A program made the position numbers and the translations under genes. DNA of 64,000 nucleotides from Escherichia coli phage KS_S14: the sequence record LC788706.1; one strand, given 5' to 3'. This document shows positions 51,742-60,410 of this stretch, one piece after another (position 1 is the first letter of the stretch; each line of letters starts with the position of its first letter). Under the pieces are notes generated by a model. The model made no database searches. It was not told where the DNA came from and worked only from the letters and a program-made list of their open reading frames with translations.

Positions 51742-52214
51742 GTACATTCCACATTTACACAGATGGTGCATGTAAAGGCAATCCGGGTTTAGGTGCTTGG
51801 GGTTTTATTGTCTATGATGATAACGACGATCGTTTAGGTTCTAAATCTGGATATAGTCCTAAAACTACAAATAATGAGATGGAACTCACGGCTATTGTAG
51901 AAGCTCTACGTTGGTCTGTTAAAAAAGATAATAGACCAATTGCTATCTATACTGACTCTGCTTATTGCAAAAATGGCATGGAAAGTTGGATGTTTTCTTG
52001 GCAAAGAAAAGGCTGGAAGAAAGCAGATGGTGAAGTTCCACTTAATCTAGAACTTTGGCAGGAAGCATTTAAATTAACACAGCAGTATATCAACTTTCAT
52101 AATACTAACCCTACCTTTATTAAGGTTAAAGGACATTCTGGTATTAGTGGTAATGAAGCTGTAGATGCATTGTGTAATACTGTTATTACTGAAGCTGAAA
52201 TGGCTGAGATGTGA
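51738..52214 (+). CDS. rnh: ribonuclease H
   Basis: 158 aa; TDGACKGNPG, TNNEMEL, YTDSAYC motifs. Confidence 0.85.
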   Translation: MSTFHIYTDGACKGNPGLGAWGFIVYDDNDDRLGSKSGYSPKTTNNEMELTAIVEALRWSVKKDNRPIAIYTDSAYCKNGMESWMFSWQRKGWKKADGEVPLNLELWQEAFKLTQQYINFHNTNPTFIKVKGHSGISGNEAVDALCNTVITEAEMAEM

Positions 52215-52224
52215 TAAATAAATT

Positions 52225-52270
52225 AAAAATTTTCTTGCTTAAAGCCCTCTAATTTAGTATAATATTCGTA
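52225..52270 (+). promoter_or_regulatory. T5-type early promoter
   Basis: TTGCTT (52235-40), 17 bp, TATAAT (52258-63). Confidence 0.65.
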
Positions 52271-52290
52271 TTGAAAGTGAGGAGGGCTTT

Positions 52291-52575
52291 ATGCGAATTT
52301 ATAACTCAAATTCATCAGGATTTAAACCATTGAGAAAACGTGCACAATCACCTCGTCAAATAAGAAAGGCTAATATTGGTGAGCCAGAGACACGTCTTCC
52401 ACCTCCTCCAGAACAACGTTTAGTTTATCTGGACGAAGAATTAGCTGAACGCGAAAGAAAAGCTCAAGAAGAGATTGAGCGTAAGAAAATGTGTACTGCT
52501 CCAGCCTACTCCAAAGGGGCTTATCAGTATATTTATACAGCCGAGGAGGCTAAAGATGCGGGGCGTAAAAAATGA
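52291..52575 (+). CDS. hypothetical protein
   Basis: 94-aa ORF, RBS gaggag. Confidence 0.4.
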   Translation: MRIYNSNSSGFKPLRKRAQSPRQIRKANIGEPETRLPPPPEQRLVYLDEELAERERKAQEEIERKKMCTAPAYSKGAYQYIYTAEEAKDAGRKK

Positions 52576-53021
52576 AGATTACTGAATTTAAAGGTGCTTA
52601 TAGTTTCTTATCAAACTTTTATTTATCACCAATTACTTTCGAATATCTAAATGAAATATGGCATGCTGATACTGTAGAACATGCTTTTCAGGCTATGAAA
52701 TCAGACCAAAAAGATGATGTAGCTCATGTACTACGATCTCTAAACGCAGGAGTTGCCAAACGTAGAGGACGTAAATTAACTCTACGCTCTGACTGGGATA
52801 AAGTAAAAGATGATGTAATGCTAGAACTTTTACGGTTAAAGTTCGCAATCCCTGATTTGAGAGACAAACTGTTAGCAACAAAAAATGCAACTTTGATTGA
52901 AGGAAATACCTGGGGAGATACATATTGGGGTGTTTGCCGAGGCATCGGGGATAATACTTTAGGAGTTCTTTTGATGCAGGTAAGGTCTGAAATTAAAAGA
53001 AGCTTACAGTTAATAAATTAA
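52572..53021 (+). CDS. NADAR-family (YbiA-like) protein
   Basis: 149 aa; FLSNFYLSPI, HADTVEHAFQAMK, EGNTWGDTYWGV. Confidence 0.65.
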   Translation: MKITEFKGAYSFLSNFYLSPITFEYLNEIWHADTVEHAFQAMKSDQKDDVAHVLRSLNAGVAKRRGRKLTLRSDWDKVKDDVMLELLRLKFAIPDLRDKLLATKNATLIEGNTWGDTYWGVCRGIGDNTLGVLLMQVRSEIKRSLQLIN

Positions 53022-53055
53022 AAATTCATTTGCTAAACGCTTCAAATTCTCGTAT
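53010..53055 (+). promoter_or_regulatory. T5-type early promoter
   Basis: AAAATTCATTTGCTA with TTGCTA (53019-24), 18 bp, TATAAT (53043-48). Confidence 0.65.
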
Positions 53056-53096
53056 AATATACTTCATAAATTGATAAACAAAAAGGAAAACAAATA

Positions 53097-53612
53097 ATGG
53101 CTAAGCAGAAAAACGCAAAAACTCAAGCAGCTCCGGCAGTTAAAACTTTCCCGAAGACTGAGGCTAACCGCAAAGCTCGTCTGGAACGTCACCTGCGCAA
53201 GCATCCTACTGATGCTCAAGCTGCACAGGCACTGAATCGTCCGGCTCCGATTCGTCAAAAGCCGAAGGCTAAGAATGCTACTCGTTCTGTAGCCCGCCTT
53301 GTGACCTATGTACAGGGTTATGGTCACAAATCTGTTCCAGTAACACTGAGTTTCAATGCTGGAGCTGAATTGTTCTCTCGTAATGGTATGTCTATGAAAG
53401 ACTATGAGAAGGCAGTTAACCAGAAGCGTAAACCAACAGCAGATGTATTGCGTGATACTCGTGGACAGTTTGGTTCTGTTAAGCCAAATATCTTTGGCGT
53501 AGAGTATAGTAAAGATAATGTTCGTGCTCTGTGTTACGGTGTAGGCATTAAGTTCACGGGTGATTCTGCTCGTAAATCTGCTAAACCAGCTCGCAAGCGT
53601 AAAGCGAAGTAA
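53097..53612 (+). CDS. highly basic hypothetical protein
   Basis: 171 aa, Lys/Arg/Ala-rich termini, codon usage resembling highly expressed enterobacterial genes. Confidence 0.5.
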   Translation: MAKQKNAKTQAAPAVKTFPKTEANRKARLERHLRKHPTDAQAAQALNRPAPIRQKPKAKNATRSVARLVTYVQGYGHKSVPVTLSFNAGAELFSRNGMSMKDYEKAVNQKRKPTADVLRDTRGQFGSVKPNIFGVEYSKDNVRALCYGVGIKFTGDSARKSAKPARKRKAK

Positions 53613-53620
53613 TAGATAAA

Positions 53621-53637
53621 TAGGGGCGAGAGCCCCT
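53621..53637 (+). terminator. GNRA-tetraloop hairpin after basic-protein gene
   Basis: AGGGGC-GAGA-GCCCCT, no clear U-tract. Confidence 0.4.
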
Positions 53638-53676
53638 ACAATCTACTGATTCTCTAACTAATCAAGGATATTTTTT

Positions 53677-53892
53677 ATGTTCTCTAAGAAACCACGTTCC
53701 GTTACTGAAATCGTTGCTTCCTTTACCACTATCACTGATGAGCTTCAAGCTCGTATTGAGGCTGATCAAAAAATTGCTGCGGATATTCAGAAACAGCAGG
53801 AAGAACTCGCTTTAAAGTTGGCTGAAACCAACAAGAGTGAAAAATCTGCCCAAACTATTATGGAAAATATCCTTAAACTGCTGGGCAAGTAA
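53677..53892 (+). CDS. hypothetical coiled-coil protein
   Basis: 71-aa ORF bounded by hairpins. Confidence 0.4.
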   Translation: MFSKKPRSVTEIVASFTTITDELQARIEADQKIAADIQKQQEELALKLAETNKSEKSAQTIMENILKLLGK

Positions 53893-53900
53893 TTTAAATC

Positions 53901-53925
53901 AGGGGGCGAAAGCCCCTCTTATTTG
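53901..53925 (+). terminator. GNRA-tetraloop hairpin / terminator
   Basis: GGGGGC-GAAA-GCCCCT then CTTATTT. Confidence 0.45.
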
Positions 53926-53933
53926 GAGAAACT

Positions 53934-54170
53934 ATGCGTAATTTTGTAGCAAAGAATGATTTTAACCGTGCTAGCACCCATAAGTCAGCTAGGGATTATA
54001 CACGACTTTCTAGTCATGAGGTAATGGATACCTGTTATGAAGAGCTGGAAGGTAGCTGGAATGAATGGCCCGACTTCTCTATGGAAGAGAACTGGGATGT
54101 CAGTGAGGATATGCTTCCTGGTTTTAAAGACCCCAAGAAGTGGGAGTCTATTAAAGAGACAGCTCTTTAA
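53934..54170 (+). CDS. hypothetical protein
   Basis: 78-aa ORF. Confidence 0.4.
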   Translation: MRNFVAKNDFNRASTHKSARDYTRLSSHEVMDTCYEELEGSWNEWPDFSMEENWDVSEDMLPGFKDPKKWESIKETAL

Positions 54171-54198
54171 TAGTTTTCTACACAATAAAGGATAAGTT

Positions 54199-54900
54199 AT
54201 GAAAGTAAAACCATTTGGTATGCTAGATATTGAATCTCTAGGAACTCCAGGAGATTGTGGTACTACTCATATCGCAATGCCTTCTTTCGCCTTTGTAGCT
54301 ATGCATGGGATTGATAAAGACCCTGACTTAGTATTTGTTACTTTGGATGTGCAGGATCAGCTTAATTCTGGTGCCAAAGTTACAGCATCTACTCTAGCAT
54401 TCTGGATGGATCAGGCTAAACATAGCCCGTCTGCTATCCACATTATGGAAGCTATGAATGAGCGTAATCCAAAACTGATTGCCTTCCAAAATGGTAAACA
54501 TCATTGCACTAATAAACTTGGCTCTAACCATGCTGCCTTCTCTATGGCTCAAAATATTATGGAGTTGGCTCTAGGCGAAAATGCTTTGTATTATGGCAAT
54601 GGCCCAGAGTTTGATATGACTATCTACTCTGCAAACACTTTCCATGCTGGAACCAATGAAGAAATAGTTCCGTGGAAATTCTGGAACTTGGGTAATGTTA
54701 GATCTCTTCGTAATCTCTGGATGCAAACTGGCTATAGTTATAAAGCTCTAGAAACCGAAGGTATTAGCTGGGCAATAGCTAAAATGGAGAAGATGGACAC
54801 CATTCGTTATGGGATCTATCCGGTTAAGCACGACCCAGCATTCGATGCCTTAGTTGAGAGCTATTGTGTTGCAGCTATGATCGAAAAAATGAAAATTTGA
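54199..54900 (+). CDS. DnaQ-fold 3'-5' exonuclease (T4 DexA-like)
   Basis: 233 aa; N-terminal LDIESLGT (D.E motif), KFWN, C-terminal HDPAFDAL. Confidence 0.55.
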   Translation: MKVKPFGMLDIESLGTPGDCGTTHIAMPSFAFVAMHGIDKDPDLVFVTLDVQDQLNSGAKVTASTLAFWMDQAKHSPSAIHIMEAMNERNPKLIAFQNGKHHCTNKLGSNHAAFSMAQNIMELALGENALYYGNGPEFDMTIYSANTFHAGTNEEIVPWKFWNLGNVRSLRNLWMQTGYSYKALETEGISWAIAKMEKMDTIRYGIYPVKHDPAFDALVESYCVAAMIEKMKI

Positions 54901-54935
54901 TTTGCTTCCGGCTCCAAAATTCTGTATAATATATT
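54890..54935 (+). promoter_or_regulatory. T5-type early promoter
   Basis: TTGCTT (54902-07), 17 bp, TATAAT (54925-30), conserved downstream ATATATTCATAAATTTGAGA. Confidence 0.65.
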
Positions 54936-54970
54936 CATAAATTTGAGAAAACAATAAAAGGAAAACAAAT

Positions 54971-55153
54971 ATGCCAGTATCTAAAAATGTTCGTAAAAAT
55001 GGTAAGAAAGCTACTCGTAATCTGGGTATCCGTCGTATGGCTGAACGTCAATCAGGTATCCAGAAAATCTTTGATCTGCTAAATCGTGCTAATCCTAAAA
55101 TTGATAACAGTAACGATACTGTTCTGCGCACTCTGCTGGCAATTGGTCTGTAA
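54971..55153 (+). CDS. hypothetical small basic protein
   Basis: 60-aa ORF with T5-type promoter and RBS. Confidence 0.4.
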   Translation: MPVSKNVRKNGKKATRNLGIRRMAERQSGIQKIFDLLNRANPKIDNSNDTVLRTLLAIGL

Positions 55154-55206
55154 TAGACCAAATTTAAACAAATTCAAATCTCAAACTTCATATAAGGAAG
55201 CAAATA

Positions 55207-55845
55207 ATGACTACTCGTATTTCTAAAACTCGCGCTCTGGCAACTATCAAATCTCTGGAAGCTAAAATTCGTAAAGCTACTGAACAACAGCTCCTGATTG
55301 CTGTTGGTGAAGGTAAGGATAAAAACCAGGTTGTAGTTGGCGCTGCAATCGAAGTAGATGCCCTGTCTACTCGTATTAAGACTGATTTCCAATCTCTGCT
55401 GGATATGATGTCTAAGCGTGATAGTATCAAATCTGCTCTGATTAAGAGCAATGCAGAAACAATAGTTGAGATCGGTTCTCGTAAAATGACTGTTGCGGAA
55501 GCAATTGAAGCTAAGCGTTCTATGGAACTTAAAGCCCAACTGCTGGCTAACATGCGTAAGCAGTTCCATGCCGCTACGGTTAAGTTTAATACGCAGAAAG
55601 CACAGTTTGATGCTAAATATGAGCGTTTGCAGGATAGCATGGCTACCCGCGATAAGAAAACTTCCGAAGATGAAGTTAAAATGCAGCTCAACCTGTTGGA
55701 ACTCAAGAATACTCCATTCTTGATTGATCCGCTGGAGCTGGAGAAGCTGATTAAACAGCATGACGAGGAATACCAGGACTTTGCAACAAATGTTGACTTT
55801 GTTCTGTCCGAGTCTAACGCCTCTACTTTCATTGAAGTAGAGTAA
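55207..55845 (+). CDS. hypothetical protein
   Basis: 212-aa ORF, RBS aaggaag. Confidence 0.5.
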   Translation: MTTRISKTRALATIKSLEAKIRKATEQQLLIAVGEGKDKNQVVVGAAIEVDALSTRIKTDFQSLLDMMSKRDSIKSALIKSNAETIVEIGSRKMTVAEAIEAKRSMELKAQLLANMRKQFHAATVKFNTQKAQFDAKYERLQDSMATRDKKTSEDEVKMQLNLLELKNTPFLIDPLELEKLIKQHDEEYQDFATNVDFVLSESNASTFIEVE

Positions 55846-56219
55846 TAATTTAAAAGCTAGTAAATCGGTAGACGAAAGCCCAAGCATCTTACCTCGCAGC
55901 AGCGGTTGAAATACGAGGTTAAATAAGACCGCTGACCATACTATAAAGTATAATCTATTGGAGATTATGTTTATTACATCAGACATTTAATCTGACACGT
56001 AAAAACAAAGAGTCGTTGATATTACCGACACAACTTCAAAGATCAACATTTAAGTATGAAAGCTGAAAAGTTTAAAGAACTCAAACTTCTAAACTTCTAA
56101 AGCTAAAAGATGCAAAGTATTCGTTGATGATTCAAATCCTAGATCAAAGGTACATGGCTCGTAAGATATGGCCTGTGGCGCCTCTAGGCTGTTTATCGGT
56201 TTACTAGTTTCACAATTTA

Positions 56220-56262
56220 AAAATGTATTTGCTAATTTATTAAGTTATCTGTATAATATATT
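56220..56262 (+). promoter_or_regulatory. T5-type early promoter
   Basis: TTGCTA (56229-34), 17 bp, TATAAT (56252-57). Confidence 0.65.
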
Positions 56263-56287
56263 TTTAAATTGATGAAACGAGGCTATT

Positions 56288-56605
56288 ATGACTTTTCATA
56301 TTTTGATTGATGATGTGCGTAATCTTCACGGAATGGACATTATCATTCGAACCCCAGAAGCCGCTGTAGAGTTTCTGAATAAAACTGATACTACAGGCCA
56401 TTTCGTTTATATGGATAATGACTTGGCTGTAGATGGTATGGAAGGTTATCAAATTCTTCGTTTACTCTTAGAATTTGGGCAGAGACCAAAGAAAGTGGTA
56501 CTAGTAACCTCGAACCCAGTAGCTAAGCAAAATATGCGTAATGATTTGCTTGACTTAGGGTATAAAGAAAATCCCAATCGTGTTGAGTATGATTGGCAGG
56601 AGTAA
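56288..56605 (+). CDS. hypothetical protein
   Basis: 105-aa ORF after T5-type promoter. Confidence 0.4.
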   Translation: MTFHILIDDVRNLHGMDIIIRTPEAAVEFLNKTDTTGHFVYMDNDLAVDGMEGYQILRLLLEFGQRPKKVVLVTSNPVAKQNMRNDLLDLGYKENPNRVEYDWQE

Positions 56606-56610
56606 AAAGA

Positions 56611-57060
56611 ATGAAGGCAGCTTTGCTTTTAGTAGCTGCCCTTACCTTCAGCTTTAGTAGTCAGGCATCGCACGATGCAAAAGAAATAGATTGCATTGCT
56701 AAAAATATCTATTTCGAGAGTCGTGGTGAGGGCATAAAGGGAATGACGGCGATTGCACATGTTACTAAAAACCGTGTAAACTCTGGTAAATTCCCAGATT
56801 CCTACTGTAAAGTAGTATATCAGTCTAACCAGTTCTCTTGGGTATCTAAGAGACCAAAAGTTGATAAAACCGATGAGGCTTGGCAAACTGCTAAGAATTT
56901 AGCTAGAGTGATATACTACGTTGATTTACCACAAGATCCTACACATGGAGCACTATACTTCCATAGTGGTAAAGATAAACCTTACTGGACAAAGAAATTT
57001 AAGAAAACAACTAAGATTAAGGGACATACGTTTTATAAACCTGTTGTCACTAAAACTTAA
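56611..57060 (+). CDS. SleB/CwlJ-type cell wall hydrolase with N-terminal signal peptide
   Basis: MKAALLLVAALTFSFSSQA signal-like N-terminus; IYFESRGEG...AIAHVTKNRV...DPTHGALYFH...GHTFY match Hydrolase_2 pattern. Confidence 0.6.
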   Translation: MKAALLLVAALTFSFSSQASHDAKEIDCIAKNIYFESRGEGIKGMTAIAHVTKNRVNSGKFPDSYCKVVYQSNQFSWVSKRPKVDKTDEAWQTAKNLARVIYYVDLPQDPTHGALYFHSGKDKPYWTKKFKKTTKIKGHTFYKPVVTKT

Positions 57061-57102
57061 AAATTTACTTGCTTAAATACTTAAATTTCTGTATAATACT
57101 TC
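57060..57102 (+). promoter_or_regulatory. T5-type early promoter
   Basis: TTGCTT (57069-74), 17 bp, TATAAT (57092-97). Confidence 0.65.
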
Positions 57103-57128
57103 CATAAACTAATGAGAGGAAGCGAAAT

Positions 57129-57299
57129 ATGAAATCAGTTGTAATTATTGGTGTTAACACTCGCGGTATTCGTACTACGAAAACTGTTAAAACATCTAAC
57201 GTGGCTGAAATTACTACTAACCCTAAAAAGTTTGATTTCGCCAAAGTCTCAGCAGTTATGACAGAACAATCTTTTAACCAAGCGTTAGGAATGAAATAA
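57129..57299 (+). CDS. hypothetical small protein
   Basis: 56-aa ORF below ORF-track cutoff, RBS gagagga. Confidence 0.3.
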   Translation: MKSVVIIGVNTRGIRTTKTVKTSNVAEITTNPKKFDFAKVSAVMTEQSFNQALGMK

Positions 57300-57742
57300 T
57301 GGAAGAGAATATTTTAGATGTTTTGCGTAGAGCTTTGCAGGATTCTAAGTTTAATGGTTCTGATAAAGAAGTCGCTAAAAGCTATCAGACCATAATCGGG
57401 GATCTTCAGCGTATTAATAAAGATTTCATCACTTCTGAACAATTTGTGTCTTATCTCAAAGCTCAACTAAAAAGCATTAACCAGATGAAAGCTAAACTTC
57501 ATGGTCAAGATCTTGATAGTTATAGCTTGCAGTCCGCTCAGTATGAATACATTCTAAATAAGTGGTTGCAGGAGTATCTGCCTCCTCAGTTATCTGATAC
57601 TGAGATTCGTAAATACTTTGCAGAATTAGTTAAGCTAAACCCTGGAATTACAAAAGGTATGCTAATGAAAGCGATTAAGGAAGAATTTCCTGGGCGTTAT
57701 GATGGTGGTACTGCTGCTCAGATTGCTGGCGAATTTAATTAA
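57299..57742 (+). CDS. GatB/YqeY-domain protein
   Basis: 147 aa; C-terminal KGMLMKAIKEEFPGRYDGGTAAQIAGEF typical of YqeY family. Confidence 0.55.
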   Translation: MEENILDVLRRALQDSKFNGSDKEVAKSYQTIIGDLQRINKDFITSEQFVSYLKAQLKSINQMKAKLHGQDLDSYSLQSAQYEYILNKWLQEYLPPQLSDTEIRKYFAELVKLNPGITKGMLMKAIKEEFPGRYDGGTAAQIAGEFN

Positions 57743-57785
57743 AAATTTATTTGCTAAATGCTTATAAATTCTGTATAATATATTC
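57740..57785 (+). promoter_or_regulatory. T5-type early promoter driving tRNA/structured-RNA region
   Basis: AAAAATTTATTTGCTA with TTGCTA (57751-56), 17 bp, TATAAT (57774-79). Confidence 0.65.
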
Positions 57786-58017
57786 ATAAATTAGAGAACA
57801 GCGAGCCGATTACGCTGAACTTGTCTTAATGTAAGATGCGTCAAGCACTAAGATTCGTTGAATAGAGTCGGTGGGTTAGTTGTAAAACTAGTACACAGGG
57901 GGCGGCAATCCCGGTTAGTGGCTAGAACGTGTAAAATGAGGCGTCTGAAACCTCTCCCCTAAACTCTTCTCTAATTTATAAATAGTGGGGTGTGGAAATC
58001 ACTTATGTAGTAACACT

Positions 58018-58089
58018 GCCGTCCTAGTATAATTGGTATTATCAAGCCGTAACTGGTGGAAGATGTAGGTTCGAATCCTACGGTCGGTA
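58018..58089 (+). tRNA. tRNA-like element, possibly degenerate tRNA
   Basis: Perfect T-arm GTAGG-TTCGAAT-CCTAC and acceptor pairing with one U-U mismatch, but no convincing anticodon stem and no encoded CCA. Confidence 0.3.
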
Positions 58090-58591
58090 AGAACTGGATA
58101 ACTGATGCTTTTAACGTAAAAGCTTCCGAGGTTAGTTGCGCACTGCCTAAACCACGCGGTAGTTGGTTCCAGACTAACCAACCAGTCTGCTGAATAGTTT
58201 TATTACGATTTAACTATGTCCAGGCTAAAGAAGAACTTTAGAAGGTATTCTAGGATAGTGAAGTTCTTTCTCCATATCGGAGTAGTTTTTCAAGCTATCC
58301 ACAAAGTGGGAAATGCTGACATGAGAGATGTCACTAATGGTGCACAATAGCACAGGTAATTCGCGATAACTCCTGTTGAGTAGCAGCAAAAGGCGGGAAG
58401 TCATGACCCCAAGCCTAACCGAGTCCTCAATATACCGCAGGACATAACCACTAAGTCACCCTGACTTAAACTGGAAAATAATAGACGTTACTGTATTTTG
58501 TCTTGAAATACTTAATGAGCGAGACTTATGACTCTCCCGGTATCGTCTGTATTTTTAAGAGCTTTTATAAGAGTTCTTAAAAATGCCTAAA

Positions 58592-58666
58592 CGGGGTGTA
58601 GTCTAAGGGAGAGGCAGGAGTCTTCTAAATTCCTTTATGCAGGTTCGAATCCTGTCACCTCGGCCA
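58592..58666 (+). tRNA. tRNA-Arg (anticodon TCT)
   Basis: Hand fold: acceptor CGGGGTG/CACCTCG, anticodon stem GGAGT/ATTCC, loop CTTCTAA, T-arm GCAGG-TTCGAAT-CCTGT, encoded CCA. Confidence 0.6.
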
Positions 58667-58700
58667 ATTTTATTAACTGTAACTAAAACAAAGGAAACAT

Positions 58701-59648
58701 ATGTTTAATACTAAAAATATGAAAGAACTGACTTCTGAGCAGAAAGTAATTCGTACTATTAAACGTTGGGGTATTGGTGCTGTAGTTGGTTTAGCAGGCT
58801 TGATTCTAGCTTTTAATTCATATACTATTGTTTCTGATGGTACGGTTAAAACCCAAACATTCCTGGGTAAAGTAGATCCTAATCCAGTATTGCCTGGTTT
58901 CCACCTTGTAAACCCGTTTGCATCTTTCGATACTTTTAGTACAAAAGATATTGCTGTAAAATTATATAAACTTCAGGTTCCTAGCCAGGATAAGTTTAAA
59001 TCCACTGTTGACCTGACTGTTATGTTGCAGTTTGATGGTTCTAAGGCACCGATTAACCGTATTAACGCAGGTACTCAGGATCAGGCACTAGACAAGTATG
59101 TAACTGAAAAATTACTGTCTACTATTCGTGAGTTTGGTAAGTCTGTACCTAAAGCACAAGATTTATTTGATGCTAAAATTCAGGCTCAATTGCAAACTGC
59201 AATTCAACAGGAAGTTGAAGAGTATGCACGCCCATATGGTTACACAGTTAAGCAGGTGTTCCTTCAGGATATTACTTTGCCACCGGTAATCATGGAACAG
59301 GTACAGAATACCAAAGTTCGTGAAGAACAGGTTAATGCTGCGAAAGCTGAACTGGCTCGCGTTGAACAAGAAGCTCAGCAGAAAGTCAAACAAGCAGAAG
59401 CAGACCGTGAAGCTCGCAACAACCAAGCTATTGCCAATGAACGTGATGCAGATGCTAAACTGTACGCAGCTAAGAAAGAAGCTGAAGCTAACGCCGCATT
59501 GCAACGTACCATTACTCCTGAGATGATTCGCTGGAAGCAACTGGAAGTTGAAATGATTCGTGCTCAGAAATACCAAGGTGGTGTACCGCAGACTGTGGTT
59601 GGCACTGGCTACGATGGTCAAATGATTATGGATATGCGTAATAAATAA
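58701..59648 (+). CDS. SPFH / band-7 (prohibitin-like) membrane protein
   Basis: 315 aa; N-terminal TM helix (GIGAVVGLAGLILAF), SPFH-like core, Ala/Glu/Gln-rich coiled-coil. Confidence 0.65.
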   Translation: MFNTKNMKELTSEQKVIRTIKRWGIGAVVGLAGLILAFNSYTIVSDGTVKTQTFLGKVDPNPVLPGFHLVNPFASFDTFSTKDIAVKLYKLQVPSQDKFKSTVDLTVMLQFDGSKAPINRINAGTQDQALDKYVTEKLLSTIREFGKSVPKAQDLFDAKIQAQLQTAIQQEVEEYARPYGYTVKQVFLQDITLPPVIMEQVQNTKVREEQVNAAKAELARVEQEAQQKVKQAEADREARNNQAIANERDADAKLYAAKKEAEANAALQRTITPEMIRWKQLEVEMIRAQKYQGGVPQTVVGTGYDGQMIMDMRNK

Positions 59649-59672
59649 TATCCACATGTAACACCTGAAGTA

Positions 59673-59708
59673 AGCCCTGCGTTTCCTGGAGAGCGCAGGG
59701 CTTTTCTG
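59673..59708 (+). terminator. rho-independent terminator after SPFH gene
   Basis: AGCCCTGCG...CGCAGGGCT then TTTTCTG. Confidence 0.7.
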
Positions 59709-59724
59709 TACTTAAGATAAAAGA

Positions 59725-59755
59725 AAAGCCCCTAAGTCTTTCGACTAGGGGCTTT
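59725..59755 (-). terminator. terminator for convergent minus-strand Q-rich gene
   Basis: GCCCCTA(A)GTC...GACTAGGGGC; minus strand followed by TTTTCTTTT. Confidence 0.6.
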
Positions 59756-59972
59756 ATTGTTTGGTTCTTCAGAACCATATACTCTTATTACAGCAACCAC
59801 CCATACGGGAGGCCAATCTTGACTGAAAATCTACTCTAGGGGGCAGGATAAGAGTAGGCTTAAAGGCAAACGGATTGAACGCCGGTATTTGCGTAAACAT
59901 TGCTGGAGAGCAACAACGTGCTACAGGCATTGGGCAGCACGAAACAGATTTTCTGCAACACATAATTCCTCC

Positions 59973-60389
59973 TTAGGAGTTATTACCACTATTTTGAGCT
60001 TTTGCAACCTGGCTTTGGCAGAAGCTATTAAACTTACCCATAAGTGATACAAGCTGTTTACCATCCTCTGTCTTTGCGAAGTCTTCGAAAAGGGCTAGTA
60101 CTGCCTGTCCTTCCGCAGAAACCTGCGGTTGTTGGGTTTGCTGCTGAGCTTGCTGCTGCGGCACCTGTTGCTGCATTTGTTGAGGCATTTGCGACTGCCC
60201 GCTCATTTGCTGCATCATTTGCATAGGACTCACACTTCCAGGGTTTTGCTGGAGTTGTTGCTGCATCTGTTGCGCTTCTGCTAAACGCTGTTGCAATTGT
60301 TGTAAGTAGGGGTTATCCAGACCAGGAATGGGCTGCTGGGAGCCCATACTTTGATTAAGTCCGTTATTTACAAAACCATATTTACTCAT
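59973..60389 (-). CDS. Gln-rich low-complexity protein
   Basis: 138 aa, central Q/M/P-rich tract. Confidence 0.5.
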   Translation of the reverse strand: MSKYGFVNNGLNQSMGSQQPIPGLDNPYLQQLQQRLAEAQQMQQQLQQNPGSVSPMQMMQQMSGQSQMPQQMQQQVPQQQAQQQTQQPQVSAEGQAVLALFEDFAKTEDGKQLVSLMGKFNSFCQSQVAKAQNSGNNS

Positions 60390-60410
60390 AATGGGCTCCT
60401 CCCCTTAATA

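Noticed and set aside
55174-55986. Two long minus-strand ORFs (270 and 214 aa) overlapping the 212-aa plus-strand gene
   Set aside because: Antisense to a gene with promoter and RBS on the plus strand; translations are Ser/Leu-rich low complexity; regarded as shadow ORFs
57999-58181. 60-aa minus-strand ORF in the structured-RNA region
   Set aside because: Overlaps the tRNA-like element and hairpins, no RBS, opposite to transcription direction from the upstream promoter
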